Assembly (NCBI GenBank): GCA_963825055.1 | Contig: CAWGSK010000009.1 | Coordinates: forward strand, 128,001-192,000 | Source of the DNA: an uncultured Gemmatimonadales bacterium | GTDB taxonomy: Bacteria > Gemmatimonadota > Gemmatimonadetes > Gemmatimonadales > GWC2-71-9 | Reading direction: 5' to 3' | Length of the DNA: 64,000 bases | In this document: one piece after another, positions 39,583-49,128 of the stretch | Position numbering within the stretch: position 1 is the stretch's first letter | Layout of the letters: each line of letters opens with the position of its first letter | Position numbers and translations under genes: made by a program | The notes under the pieces: generated by a model | Database searches by the model: none | Told to the model about the DNA's origin: nothing | What the model saw: only the letters and a program-made list of their open reading frames with translations

Positions 39583-40122
39583 TCAGCCGTTCTGTTCGTA
39601 TGCCGCCCGGAGCAGTCGCTCGACCTTTGCCGTGACCGCATCCGGTGAGGTCAGCGACAGCTTGTGGGTTGCCTGGCCTGGCGCCGAGGCCGGCTGGAGG
39701 AGCGGTGACGCCGGCGGATCCGTGAAGCGGAGCCCGACATCCACTCGCGTTTTCGTCGCCGCGGCCACGGCGACGAACTGCCGGCGGCGGACGAAGGGCG
39801 TATAGGTCCCGCGCCCTTCGATTGACACGTCATCCCCCAGTCCCTCGATCACCTCGCGGAGGCGGTCGAAGATCGGGCGAAGGGGGGCCTTCGCCCCGGC
39901 ATATTGCCGGTCCACGTATTCCTCCACCTCCGGCCGGGTCCACCCCGCCACCCGCGCGGCGGCATCCGCGATCGCCCACTGCGAGTTCTGCAATACGCCG
40001 TGCTTGTCCTTGAGCCAGCAGCGCACCGCCTTCTGGTCGAGGGGATCCAGGCCACTCCCCTGCACCAGCGCCATCCATTCCTCGAGACTGCGGCCGGTGC
40101 GCTCTCTCATGGTCCCCGCCAC
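39583..40122 (-). CDS. DUF4287/DUF5655-type protein
   Basis: RERTGRSLEEW..WLKDKHG, YAGAKAPLRP, TYTPFVRRRQF, RVDVGL, LRAAYEQNG. Confidence 0.75.
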   Translation of the reverse strand: MAGTMRERTGRSLEEWMALVQGSGLDPLDQKAVRCWLKDKHGVLQNSQWAIADAAARVAGWTRPEVEEYVDRQYAGAKAPLRPIFDRLREVIEGLGDDVSIEGRGTYTPFVRRRQFVAVAAATKTRVDVGLRFTDPPASPLLQPASAPGQATHKLSLTSPDAVTAKVERLLRAAYEQNG

Positions 40123-40156
40123 GAGCCTTCATCATGTCCTTCGGTACGACCTTTCA

Positions 40157-41878
40157 TCAGACCTCCTCCTCCGGGCCGGATGCCTTCGCTCCTCCACGGG
40201 CAAGGAACGCCCGAGCCTCCTCGAGAGCGGGGCGACCGCCGCCCGGGGCAGCCACTTCCAGCAGCGTGCGGTAACATGACAACGCCGTGCCATCATGACC
40301 GGTCGCCCGCGCAGCCCGCGCGGCCCCGAGGAGCCCGTTGAAGCGACGGGGATAGCGGTTCAGGGACTGGCGATAGGCCTCCAGCGCCTCCCGGTATCGG
40401 CTCTGTGCCATGAACAGGTCGCCGAGGAGTTCCCCGGCTGGTAGCGTGGGGGCGGGAGTAACGGCGTGTTTGGGAGTCCTGGACTCGAGCTCGACGGCCT
40501 GCTGCATCAGCCGCACGGCGGCTTCGGCATCCGCGCCCTGAGCCAGCCACGCTTCCACTTCGAGCCGCAGGATCATGATGTTGCTCGCAAAGAGGTCTTC
40601 TCCCTGGCTCCTCGCCGCCTGCTCCAGTTCCCCGAGGCGTCTCACGGCCGATCGGGCTCCCTCCAGGCGCCCAAGGCGCGCGGCGCCAAGGCCTCTTGCA
40701 AACCAGGTAACACCCTCAGGCCACGGGAAGCGGTCCCAGTCGAGCGAAGAGGGAGAACGCGGCACCAGAGCCGCCGCCGCGCTCCAGTCACCACGCTCGA
40801 GGACATATCTGGCCCTGGTCGAGGCAAGGTGGAAGGCGGTCTTGAACGAGGGCTGGAGGTTGCCGGTCGTCTCCAGTCTCTGAATCTGGTGAGCCGCCTC
40901 GACGTCCGCGCCCTGCTGCAGATAGGCGTAGGTCAGGTACTCGATGGCGTGAGGAAACTCGTCCCATACGAACTCGCCATGATCGCCCGCCGGGTGCTCC
41001 AGCGCCGCCGAGGCCGCCCGCAGGTTCCCATCGATCACCTCATTCCACCGCCCGAGGCGCGTATAGATGTGCGTCGGCATGTGGAGCGCGTGAGGATTCC
41101 GGGGAGCCACCAGTGCGTACCTGCGAACGATGTCGGGTGCCTGTTCCGCCCGCCCGTCGGCATCGCTCGCGTGGATCATGTAGTGCATAGCTCCCGGGTG
41201 GTCAGGGTTCTGACGATAGACGGAGCGCAGCAACGCCGTGGCGAGGTCCAGGTCGGCCGAGGGCGCCGTGTCCACGGGCGCGACGGCGAGCAGCGCCTCG
41301 GCGTAGAAGGCCGTGGCGTCCGGATCGTCCGGGACATTCAGGTGAAGGGTCTCGCTTCCCGCCGCCCATCGGCGGATGCGCGCCCAGTAGTCACCTTCCC
41401 CGGGCTCCCGGAAGAAGCCTCCCACCGCCTCGACATACAGCGACTCGCGCACGGTCCGCGAAAGCGATCGGCCTGCTGGACGGCTTCCCGCCCCCTCTCG
41501 CAGGTCGTCCGGTCCGGGGCGGGTCGGCCAGAGCGGCTGGAACAGGGTCATGGCAATCCCCCAGTGGGCCATGGCGCATCCCGGATCCAGCTCGGCGATG
41601 CGCATGAATTCCTTCCTCGCCTCCGGGTAGGTCATATGGTGGAGAAGCGCGACCGCCCGAGGGAAGCGGAGCCGGGCGGCTTCGGTGCAGGAGGTCGGGA
41701 ATTCGACCGTGCCCAGAGGCTGTCCGTCGTCTGACTGTTCCTGTCCCGCTGCCTCCCTTCCTCCTGCTACAGCCAGCCACAGCATGACAAGCCCGATCCG
41801 CCACGGATGTGGGAATCTCCGTCCCGGACCGATGCCGGGCGCACTGCCACGCCCACTCAGTCCATGCCTGTCCTTCAT
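40157..41878 (-). CDS. TPR-like helical exported protein
   Basis: GTVEFPTSC, AVALLHHM, DPGCAMAHWG, HPGAMHYMIHA, HALHMPTHIYTRLG; start MKDRHG (the track extension runs through the repeat array). Confidence 0.8.
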   Translation of the reverse strand: MKDRHGLSGRGSAPGIGPGRRFPHPWRIGLVMLWLAVAGGREAAGQEQSDDGQPLGTVEFPTSCTEAARLRFPRAVALLHHMTYPEARKEFMRIAELDPGCAMAHWGIAMTLFQPLWPTRPGPDDLREGAGSRPAGRSLSRTVRESLYVEAVGGFFREPGEGDYWARIRRWAAGSETLHLNVPDDPDATAFYAEALLAVAPVDTAPSADLDLATALLRSVYRQNPDHPGAMHYMIHASDADGRAEQAPDIVRRYALVAPRNPHALHMPTHIYTRLGRWNEVIDGNLRAASAALEHPAGDHGEFVWDEFPHAIEYLTYAYLQQGADVEAAHQIQRLETTGNLQPSFKTAFHLASTRARYVLERGDWSAAAALVPRSPSSLDWDRFPWPEGVTWFARGLGAARLGRLEGARSAVRRLGELEQAARSQGEDLFASNIMILRLEVEAWLAQGADAEAAVRLMQQAVELESRTPKHAVTPAPTLPAGELLGDLFMAQSRYREALEAYRQSLNRYPRRFNGLLGAARAARATGHDGTALSCYRTLLEVAAPGGGRPALEEARAFLARGGAKASGPEEEV

Positions 41879-41928
41879 CTCAACCTCCCGGTACCTGCCA
41901 GCGATCCACCTGCTTTTCAGAATCGGCA

Positions 41929-41991
41929 CCCGACACCCGATACCCGATACCCGATACCCGATACCCGATACCCGATACCCGACGCCCGACA
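41929..41991. repeat. 9 x CCCGAYR heptamer array (6 perfect CCCGATA)
   Basis: Counted directly; reverse complement of the 28.5 kb array; lies between divergent genes. Confidence 0.92.
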
Positions 41992-42082
41992 CGAGATTAC
42001 CGTGAGCACAATCACGGCCTTCGAGCCTTCAAACTGCTAAGTTGACGGGCGTATGGCACATGCGCCCAACGAGGAGGTTTTT

Positions 42083-42319
42083 GTGAGGAATATCACCGTA
42101 CCCGTAGTCCTGCTGGCTGCCGCCGCCGTCGTCGGCTGCAACAAGACCGGCGAAGGCGAGTACGAGGTTGAACGGCCGGTGGTCGGCACCGAAACGGACA
42201 CCGTGCACACGCCGACGGTCGATGTGGGCACGAAGAAGGACACCATCACGGTGCCCGAGGTGACGACGAAGCAAAAGGAAGTCACCGTACCGACGGTGGA
42301 CGTCGATCCGCCGAAGTAG
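42083..42319 (+). CDS. Small Val/Thr-rich lipoprotein
   Basis: RBS GAGGAGG, GTG start, lipobox VVGC, repeated V-(T/H)-(V/T)-P-x-V motifs. Confidence 0.75.
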   Translation: MRNITVPVVLLAAAAVVGCNKTGEGEYEVERPVVGTETDTVHTPTVDVGTKKDTITVPEVTTKQKEVTVPTVDVDPPK

Positions 42320-42342
42320 GCCCGTGGTGCAGAGCATTACCG

Positions 42343-42375
42343 AAACACGCTCCCGGAGTTCCGGGGGCGTGTTTT
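42343..42375. terminator. Bidirectional intrinsic terminator
   Basis: AAACACGCTCCCGG-AGTT-CCGGGGGCGTGTTTT between convergent genes. Confidence 0.75.
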
Positions 42376-42378
42376 GCT

Positions 42379-43458
42379 TCAGGAACGTAGGCCCATCCAG
42401 AGCAGAGCCAGGATGGCGACGAGGAGCAGGAGGGCCCCACCCGCAAGGGCCCACCGCCCCACCCGGAATGGTGATGCCGCTTCGGGCACCGGCGTGGCCG
42501 ACGCCCGTGGAACGGCCATGGCGCGGGTGGTGGTGGTGTCGCCCGGCAGCCTGAGGGAGTCCCAGAAATCCTCGGCGGACTGAAAGCGGTGCGCGGGATC
42601 GAGCTGCAGCGCCCTCGCCACGGCAGCGTCAACCAGGGAGGGGATCTCGGGAAACAGATCGCGCACCGGGCGTGGCGCTGACGTCATCCGGGCGGCAATG
42701 ATGGCCTGGGGAGATGGTCCCGTGTGCGGGGGGTTCCCGGTGAGCATCTCGTAGGCGACGCAGCCGAGCGAGTAGATGTCGCTCCGGGCATCGATGTCGG
42801 GCTCGCCGGCTGCCTGCTCAGGGCTCATGTAGGCAGGCGTTCCCACCGAATGCCCGGCCCCGGTCAGCTTCTCCCGTCCGGCGGTGGTCACGGCGCGGGC
42901 GACGCCGAAGTCCGCCACCAGGGCATGCCCGGATTCGAGCATGATGTTCCCCGGCTTGATATCGCGGTGCACCACGCCCTTGCCGTGCGCGTAGCAGAGC
43001 GCGTCGGCGACCTCACGGGAAATCTTCAGCGCATGGGAGAGCGGCAGACGGCCCTCACGGTCGAGCCGGTCCCGGAGCGACTCACCCTCCACAAACGGCA
43101 TCGCGTAGAAGATGAAGCCCTCGGCTTCGCCGGAGTCGTACAGGGAAAGCACGTGGGGGTGGTGGAGCCGGGCCGCGATCTCGATCTCGCGCAGAAAGCG
43201 TTCAGCGCCCAGGGTCGCGGCCAGTTCCCGTCGGAGCACCTTGAGCGCGACGGGGCGCTGGTGCTTCAGGTCCGTGGCGCGGTAGACGATGGCAGTGACC
43301 CCCCGGCCAACCTGTTCTTCCACCAGGTAGCGGTCCCGGAGTGCCTCCCGTAGCAGCGGGGTCGGGTCGGTGCGGCTCAGCCGGGCCCTCCCGTCGCGCG
43401 CCAGGGCATGGAACAGGTCCAAAACATGAAATGGGACACGCAAAGAAGCTACAGCCAC
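42379..43458 (-). CDS. Hanks-type Ser/Thr protein kinase with C-terminal TM (start uncertain)
   Basis: VGRGVTAIVY, VALKVL, HRDIKPGN, DFG, GTPAYMSPEQ, DIYSLG. Confidence 0.9.
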   Translation of the reverse strand: MAVASLRVPFHVLDLFHALARDGRARLSRTDPTPLLREALRDRYLVEEQVGRGVTAIVYRATDLKHQRPVALKVLRRELAATLGAERFLREIEIAARLHHPHVLSLYDSGEAEGFIFYAMPFVEGESLRDRLDREGRLPLSHALKISREVADALCYAHGKGVVHRDIKPGNIMLESGHALVADFGVARAVTTAGREKLTGAGHSVGTPAYMSPEQAAGEPDIDARSDIYSLGCVAYEMLTGNPPHTGPSPQAIIAARMTSAPRPVRDLFPEIPSLVDAAVARALQLDPAHRFQSAEDFWDSLRLPGDTTTTRAMAVPRASATPVPEAASPFRVGRWALAGGALLLLVAILALLWMGLRS

Positions 43459-43477
43459 GCCCGCCCTACTGCCACTC

Positions 43478-45184
43478 TCAGGCGGAAACGTCGTGGGCTG
43501 CCCCCGCCCCCCGGGGAACCCGGATTTCCTCCACCATCGCCTGCACCTCGGGTGGCGGCGGCGCCGTCGGGGCGCACACCGTGATCGCCACGGCAAAGTT
43601 GATCAGCATCCCGAGCGTCCCGATGCCCTCGGGCGACACGCCGAGCCACCAGTGCGCCGCCGTGTTGAGTTCGGGATGGAGGAACTTGAACCAGCCGATA
43701 TAACCGGCGGTGAACCCGAGGCCCGCGATCATGCCGCTCACTGCACCCTCCGTATTCATGCGGGTGCTGAAGATGCCCATGATGATGGCGGGAAAGAACG
43801 AGGCCGCGGCCAGGCCGAAAGCCAGTGCGACCACCTCCGCGACGAACCCGGGCGGGTGGATACCGAACCAGCCCGCGATCACCACCGCGACGCCGGCCGC
43901 AATGCGTGCCGCCCGAAGCTCGCCGTGCTCCGTGATTCCCGGATGGATGACGCGCTTCATGAGGTCGTGGGCCACGGAGGTCGAGATGACCAGCAGCAGG
44001 CCTGCGGCCGTGGACAGCGCGGCCGCAAGGCCGCCGGCAGCGACGAGTCCGACCACCCAGTTCGGCAGCCGAGCGATCTCGGGGTTGGCCAGGACCATGA
44101 TATCCCGGTCGATCGTCAACTCGTTCAGTGTGCCGGCAGCGGGGCCGGTGTACTGGATGAGGCCGTCACCGTTCCTGTCCTCGAATGTGAGGAGCCCGGT
44201 GGCCTCCCAGTTGGAGAACCACTCGGGCACCTCGGCGTACGGGCGTTCCGAAACGGTGGTGATCAGGTTCGTGCGCGCGAAGGCGGCTACCGCGGGCGCG
44301 GTGGTGTAGAGGAGCGCAATGAAGACCAGCGCCCATCCGGCGGAGCTTCTGGCCTGCCGGACCTTGGGCACGGTGTAGAACCTGACAATCACGTGGGGCA
44401 GACCGGCGGTGCCGACCATGAGCGCCGCCGTGATGAAGAATACGTCCAGGGTTCCCTTCCGTCCGTCCGTGTAGGCACCGAACCCGAGATCGCGCGTCAG
44501 CCCGTCCAGCTTGTCGAGCAGGTGGACGCCGGAACCGTCGGCCAGGGTATGCCCGAAGCCCAGCTGCGGGATGGCGATTCCGGTCATCAGGAGGGAAATG
44601 AAGATCGCCGGGACGAGATAGGCGAAGATCAGCACACAATACTGGGCCACCTGGGTGTAGGTGATTCCCTTCATTCCGCCCAGCACCGCATAGAAGAACA
44701 CGATCGCCATGCCGATGAGCACGCCGTGGGTGATGTCCACGCCGAGGAATCGGGAAAAGACGATACCCACGCCCCGCATCTGGCCGGCCACATACGTGAA
44801 GGAAACGAAGAGCGCGCACACCACCGCCACGATACGGGCCACCTGGGAGTAATATCGGTCGCCCACGAAGTCGGGAACGGTGTACTTCCCGAATTTGCGC
44901 AGGTAGGGGGCGAGAAGGAGCGCCAGGAGGACATAGCCGCCCGTCCAGCCCATCAGGTAGACCGAGCCGTCCCGTCCCATGAAGGCGATGAGCCCTGCCA
45001 TGGAAATGAACGAGGCAGCGCTCATCCAGTCGGCCGCGGTAGCCATTCCGTTGAGCACCGGGTGGACTCGCGCTCCCGCGACATAGAACTCGCCAGTCGA
45101 GCGCGCGCGTGACCACACCGCCACCCCGATATAGAGCGCGAAGGAGAGGGCGACGAGCAGGAAGGTCCAGGCGCCTACGTTCAT
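43478..45184 (-). CDS. Sodium:solute symporter, ActP-related (VC_2705-like)
   Basis: 568 aa; NGMATAADWMSAASF, GGMKGITYTQVAQY, GTAGLPHVIVRF, AAALSTAAGLL. Confidence 0.92.
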   Translation of the reverse strand: MNVGAWTFLLVALSFALYIGVAVWSRARSTGEFYVAGARVHPVLNGMATAADWMSAASFISMAGLIAFMGRDGSVYLMGWTGGYVLLALLLAPYLRKFGKYTVPDFVGDRYYSQVARIVAVVCALFVSFTYVAGQMRGVGIVFSRFLGVDITHGVLIGMAIVFFYAVLGGMKGITYTQVAQYCVLIFAYLVPAIFISLLMTGIAIPQLGFGHTLADGSGVHLLDKLDGLTRDLGFGAYTDGRKGTLDVFFITAALMVGTAGLPHVIVRFYTVPKVRQARSSAGWALVFIALLYTTAPAVAAFARTNLITTVSERPYAEVPEWFSNWEATGLLTFEDRNGDGLIQYTGPAAGTLNELTIDRDIMVLANPEIARLPNWVVGLVAAGGLAAALSTAAGLLLVISTSVAHDLMKRVIHPGITEHGELRAARIAAGVAVVIAGWFGIHPPGFVAEVVALAFGLAAASFFPAIIMGIFSTRMNTEGAVSGMIAGLGFTAGYIGWFKFLHPELNTAAHWWLGVSPEGIGTLGMLINFAVAITVCAPTAPPPPEVQAMVEEIRVPRGAGAAHDVSA

Positions 45185-45450
45185 GGCGTATCCTCCTGTT
45201 CGTCGACCTCAAAGCGCCGGTCGAGCCGGTTCATGAGGTGGACGTATACGAAGATGAGGGCCACGAACACGTAGATGGAGCCCTGTTGCGCAAACCAGAA
45301 GCCGAGCTTGAAGCCGCCCACCCGGATCCGGTTGAGCGGCTCCACCAGCAGGATACCGAATCCATAGGACACGATGAACCAGATGGTGAGCAGAATTCCC
45401 ACGTACATGAGATTCCGGCGCCAGTAGTTCCTGCGGGACACCGTGGCCAT
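45181..45450 (-). CDS. DUF4212 small partner subunit of the SSS transporter
   Basis: YWRRNL, WFIVSYG, GFKLGFWFAQQGSI, MNRLDRRF; overlaps the symporter start. Confidence 0.9.
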   Translation of the reverse strand: MATVSRRNYWRRNLMYVGILLTIWFIVSYGFGILLVEPLNRIRVGGFKLGFWFAQQGSIYVFVALIFVYVHLMNRLDRRFEVDEQEDTP

Positions 45451-45512
45451 GGGCGGATCCCCCGGGAAGCGAACGACAGGTTGGACAGGCGGCAGGCGGT
45501 CAGGTGGTCGGG

Positions 45513-45584
45513 CGACTCAACGACTCAACGACTCAACGACTCAACGACTCAACGACTCAACGACTCAACGACTCAACGACTCAA
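45513..45584. repeat. 9 perfect copies of CGACTCAA
   Basis: Counted directly; preceded by degenerate 8-mers at 45484-45512. Confidence 0.95.
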
Positions 45585-45647
45585 CGACCACGATACAGCT
45601 TCCCCGCCTGCCTGCAACCCCCATCCCCCACTTCCCGTAGGGTCGCC

Positions 45648-46838
45648 ATGCCCACCCGAACCTGGATTGCCGCCGGGCTGGCCCTGCTCAGTGCGGGAAC
45701 AGCCACCCCTCCGCCCGTCGCAACCGTGCTCACCGGTGCCCTGATCATCGATGGTACCGACCGGCCACCACTGTCGGGCCACGCCCTGGTAATCCGGGAC
45801 GCCCGCATCGAAGGAATCGTGCCCGACACGGCTCGCCTGCCCGAAGGAGCCACCGTCATCGATCTCTCCGGCGCCACGCTCCTCCCGGGCATCGTGAACG
45901 CACACACCCATTTCACGAAGGACGCGGCGGAGCGCCGGGATAACCACCTGCTCCACGGCGTGACGGCCGTCTGCAACCTTGGCGCCGGTCTATCCCAGAT
46001 TCCGGAGTTCAGGATCGCGAGGGACTCTGCCGGTGGGATGGCTGCGCGAGGCTTCACCTCGGGGCCTTTCGTGGCAAAGGCCGGCGGCTATGCCGAGGCG
46101 CAGTGGGGAGAGGGAGCCAACTACAACGTATCCGGCCCCATCGAGGCGGCTCGCGCCGTGGACAGCCTTGCGGCCCTCGGGGTCGACTACATCAAGATCT
46201 CCTATGAGCCGGGGCCGGGCTCCTGGCCAGTGCTCTCCCCGGCGGAAGCGCGGTCCGTCACCACGGCCGCCCACCGCCACGGGCTCCGCGTCATCGCCCA
46301 CATCGAGGACGCGCGGTTCCTGGGGCGGGCTGTGGATGAGGGCGTGGACATCGTCACCCACGCCCTGGAGCGCAATGGGTTCACGCCTGGCCCCGCGGGC
46401 CCCGTCATCGTGCCGGAGGTGGCAGACAACATCGACCGCATGGCGGACCGGGGGATGCTGATGATCCCCACTCTCCATGTGCTGAGCGGCGGACACCCCG
46501 ACTCCCCCAGGACCCTTGGCATGCTCGCGATCGTCCGACGGTTTCACGAACGGGGCGGGCGGGTGGCCGCCGGCAACGACTATCCCCTCGGCGTGACACG
46601 GCCCGGCATCCCGCTCGGTGAGCTGCGGCTGCTCCTCGATGCAGGCCTGACCCCGCGGGAGGTGATCTCGGCGGCCACCCGTAATTCGGCGGAGGCGTGC
46701 GGCCACGGGGCGGAGATCGGGACGCTCGAGAAGGGGAAGCTGGCCGACATCCTGGCCGTGAACGGCAACCCGCTCGAGAGTCTCGATGCGCTGACGTCCG
46801 TCCGTCTCGTGATGCTGGGTGGCGAGGTAGTGAAATGA
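45648..46838 (+). CDS. Exported amidohydrolase family protein
   Basis: LLPGIVNAHTH, DYIKI, IAHI, VTHA, AGND, GTLEKGKLADI. Confidence 0.88.
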   Translation: MPTRTWIAAGLALLSAGTATPPPVATVLTGALIIDGTDRPPLSGHALVIRDARIEGIVPDTARLPEGATVIDLSGATLLPGIVNAHTHFTKDAAERRDNHLLHGVTAVCNLGAGLSQIPEFRIARDSAGGMAARGFTSGPFVAKAGGYAEAQWGEGANYNVSGPIEAARAVDSLAALGVDYIKISYEPGPGSWPVLSPAEARSVTTAAHRHGLRVIAHIEDARFLGRAVDEGVDIVTHALERNGFTPGPAGPVIVPEVADNIDRMADRGMLMIPTLHVLSGGHPDSPRTLGMLAIVRRFHERGGRVAAGNDYPLGVTRPGIPLGELRLLLDAGLTPREVISAATRNSAEACGHGAEIGTLEKGKLADILAVNGNPLESLDALTSVRLVMLGGEVVK

Positions 46839-46969
46839 CCTCTTTTCCCTCCTTTTTGCGCCTACCTGTATGACGGCCAGTACGGCGGGTCCGGCGGGAA
46901 CTCCGGGCGCCGGGCCTGCCAGCCGTCGCGGCATCCAGGATGGCTCGGAGGTGCAACTGGAGGGATATC

Positions 46970-47485
46970 ATGAGGGCACGTACCTTCCGTCTTCGGGCGT
47001 CGGTGTTCTCTTTCTCGATGGCTCTGGCCCTGACCGGCCCCTGCTTCGGCGGACTGGGGGGATCCGGTGAGGCGGATGATCTCACGCGTCTGAAGCAATC
47101 CACGGCGCCGTTTGCCAACTTTCCCATGGCCCGCGCATCGGGCTACGGAACCGAGATCACCCGCTGCATGGAATCAGAGAATGGCGGCCAGGGGTATCAC
47201 TACGGCAACGCCGACCTTCTCGGTGACGATGGCGCACTGGACCTGCTCCATCCCGAATTGCTGCTGTACGAGCCGCAGGCCGATGGGGCGATGGACCTGG
47301 TCGGGGTCGAGTACGCCGTCCCCGTGGAGGCCTGGACCTCATCCGAGCCCCCGCGGCTCCTGGATCGGGACTTTCATGTGAACGAGGCCTTCGGTGTCTG
47401 GGTACTGCATGTATGGTTCCGGGAGAACCCGGCAGGCACCTTCGCAGACTGGAATCCGGACGTGACCTGCGCCAATGCCACTTGA
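46970..47485 (+). CDS. Conserved hypothetical exported protein
   Basis: GGQGYHY, PELLLYEP, LVGVEY, LHVW..NPAGTFADWNP. Confidence 0.7.
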   Translation: MRARTFRLRASVFSFSMALALTGPCFGGLGGSGEADDLTRLKQSTAPFANFPMARASGYGTEITRCMESENGGQGYHYGNADLLGDDGALDLLHPELLLYEPQADGAMDLVGVEYAVPVEAWTSSEPPRLLDRDFHVNEAFGVWVLHVWFRENPAGTFADWNPDVTCANAT

Positions 47486-48509
47486 GCCGGCGGCCGACCG
47501 CACCCGGACCACGGGATCGCATCCCGTGGTCCGCCGCGGCCTGCCAGTAGCCGCAGTACCCCAGGGAGCGGTGGCGGGACCGGCGCCGTGGCGGATCGCC
47601 CAGGTGGCGGCGCTCGTCGCCACGCTGCTCCTGCTGGCAGGCCTGGAGCTGCGACCCGCCCTCGCCCTGCGGGTGCTCTGGGCCGGCATCATCCCTCTTC
47701 TCCCCGCGTCGTGGCTGCTCCACCCCGGCCTCTGGCGCAACATCTGCCCCCTCGCGACGCTCAACATGGCTACCGCCGCAGCGGGCCGGGGGCGCCGCCT
47801 TGACGCCACCTCCGTCGGACGGGCCAACGCAGCAGGGATCCTCCTGCTCCTGCTGCTGGTCCCCGCAAGGCGCTTTCTCTTCAACCAGGACGCTGCCGCG
47901 CTCGCCCTGGCGATCTCGGCCTTCGCTCTGCTGGCCCTGGCCGGGGGCCTGCTGTTCGACCGCAAGGCAGGTTTCTGCGATGCGATCTGCCCGATCCTGC
48001 CGGTCGAGCGCCTGTACGGACAGGATCCCCTCACCCACGTCTCCAACCCGCGCTGCCCGACCTGTACCCTGTGTGTCTCGACCGGTTGCATCGATCTCGC
48101 TCGAACGAAGTCCATCCCCCAGATCCTCAGCCAGTCCAGACGGAGCACCGGATGGCTGCTGCGCCCGTTCGGAGCTTTCGCGGCCGCGTTTCCCGGCTTC
48201 GTTCTGGGCTACTACCTCTCGCCCAACGTACCGGGTGCGGAAGCCGCAACGGTCTACTTCACCGTGCTCTCAATGGCTGGACTCAGCTGGTGCATTGTCG
48301 CCATCATCGCGACACTGTCTCGCCTCTCCGCCCGAAAACTGATCCCGATCCTCGGAGTACTCGCGCTGGGCCTCTATTACACTCTCGGCGCCGGCGATAT
48401 CGTCCGCACGTGGAACTGGAGCCCGGCGTCAGCATGGGCCATCCGGATCCCGGCTCTGGCAATGCTGGGTTGGTGGGCGATCGGGAGGTCGGGGAGTCGA
48501 GCAACCTAG
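47475..48509 (+). CDS. Polytopic membrane protein with ferredoxin-type Cys motifs
   Basis: WRNICPL, FCDAICP, CPTCTLCVSTGC; about eight TM segments. Confidence 0.7.
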   Translation: MPLEPAADRTRTTGSHPVVRRGLPVAAVPQGAVAGPAPWRIAQVAALVATLLLLAGLELRPALALRVLWAGIIPLLPASWLLHPGLWRNICPLATLNMATAAAGRGRRLDATSVGRANAAGILLLLLLVPARRFLFNQDAAALALAISAFALLALAGGLLFDRKAGFCDAICPILPVERLYGQDPLTHVSNPRCPTCTLCVSTGCIDLARTKSIPQILSQSRRSTGWLLRPFGAFAAAFPGFVLGYYLSPNVPGAEAATVYFTVLSMAGLSWCIVAIIATLSRLSARKLIPILGVLALGLYYTLGAGDIVRTWNWSPASAWAIRIPALAMLGWWAIGRSGSRAT

Positions 48510-48569
48510 AGGTCCAAAGGCCGTGATTCGCCGGTGCCCGACTCCCTCTCCATCACGCAGTTCCCTATC

Positions 48570-48598
48570 TTGCCAATTTAGTACGACTACCGTACTAT
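48570..48598 (+). promoter_or_regulatory. Sigma70-type promoter overlapped by a palindromic operator
   Basis: TTGCCA-17 nt-TACTAT with TAGTACG-N5-CGTACTA (48579-48597), directly upstream of the MarR gene. Confidence 0.65.
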
Positions 48599-48660
48599 CT
48601 CAGTAACCAAAGCAGCGACAAACACTTATCACAGAACTCGGCACCAGCCTCGCCCGATGC

Positions 48661-49041
48661 ATGGACATCTGGAACCGCGACCTGGCCCGGGAAATGGCTG
48701 CTCGCGGGCTGGATGATCTCTGGGTCCGTCATCTGGATGTGATACGGCGGATATCACTTGCGGGGAACACGGTAACCGAGCTGGCGGGCATGGCGGGCCT
48801 CTCGAAGCAGACCGTCGGCCCGGTGGTCCGGGAGCTGGAAGGGGCGGGGATTGCCGTCGTGGGCCCTCACCCCGATGATGGCAGGGCGCGATTGATCCGG
48901 CTGGCCGAGGCTGGGATCTCGGGGATGGAACGGGTGAACGACGCCGTGCGGGAGCTGACGGCGCAATACCGTTCGAGAATGGGCGCCGAGGGGCTCGACG
49001 AACTGGAAGAGGGACTGTGGCTGATGCTGGATACGAGGTAG
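48661..49041 (+). CDS. MarR family transcriptional regulator
   Basis: TVTELAGMAGLSKQTVGPVVRELE...HPDDGRARLIRL winged HTH. Confidence 0.85.
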   Translation: MDIWNRDLAREMAARGLDDLWVRHLDVIRRISLAGNTVTELAGMAGLSKQTVGPVVRELEGAGIAVVGPHPDDGRARLIRLAEAGISGMERVNDAVRELTAQYRSRMGAEGLDELEEGLWLMLDTR

Positions 49042-49128
49042 AGGTCTAGGGGTCTAGGGGTCTAGGGGTCTAGGGGTCTAGGGGTCTAGGGGTCTAGAGG
49101 TCTAGGGGTCTGGAGGTCTGGAGGTCCA
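49041..49128. repeat. 11 x G(G/A)GGTC(T/C)(A/G) octamer array, six consecutive GGGGTCTA
   Basis: Counted directly; starts at the MarR stop codon. Confidence 0.92.

Noticed and set aside
45513..45584. Repeat arrays here and at 28518, 41929 and 49041 as CRISPR arrays
   Set aside because: Units are 7-8 nt head-to-tail with no spacers, and no cas genes are present.
45504..45647. N-terminal RLNDSTTQ repeats on the amidohydrolase, and GYRVSGI repeats on the TPR ORF (41879-41992)
   Set aside because: They are translations of intergenic DNA repeats; better starts followed by signal-like segments lie at 45648 and 41878.
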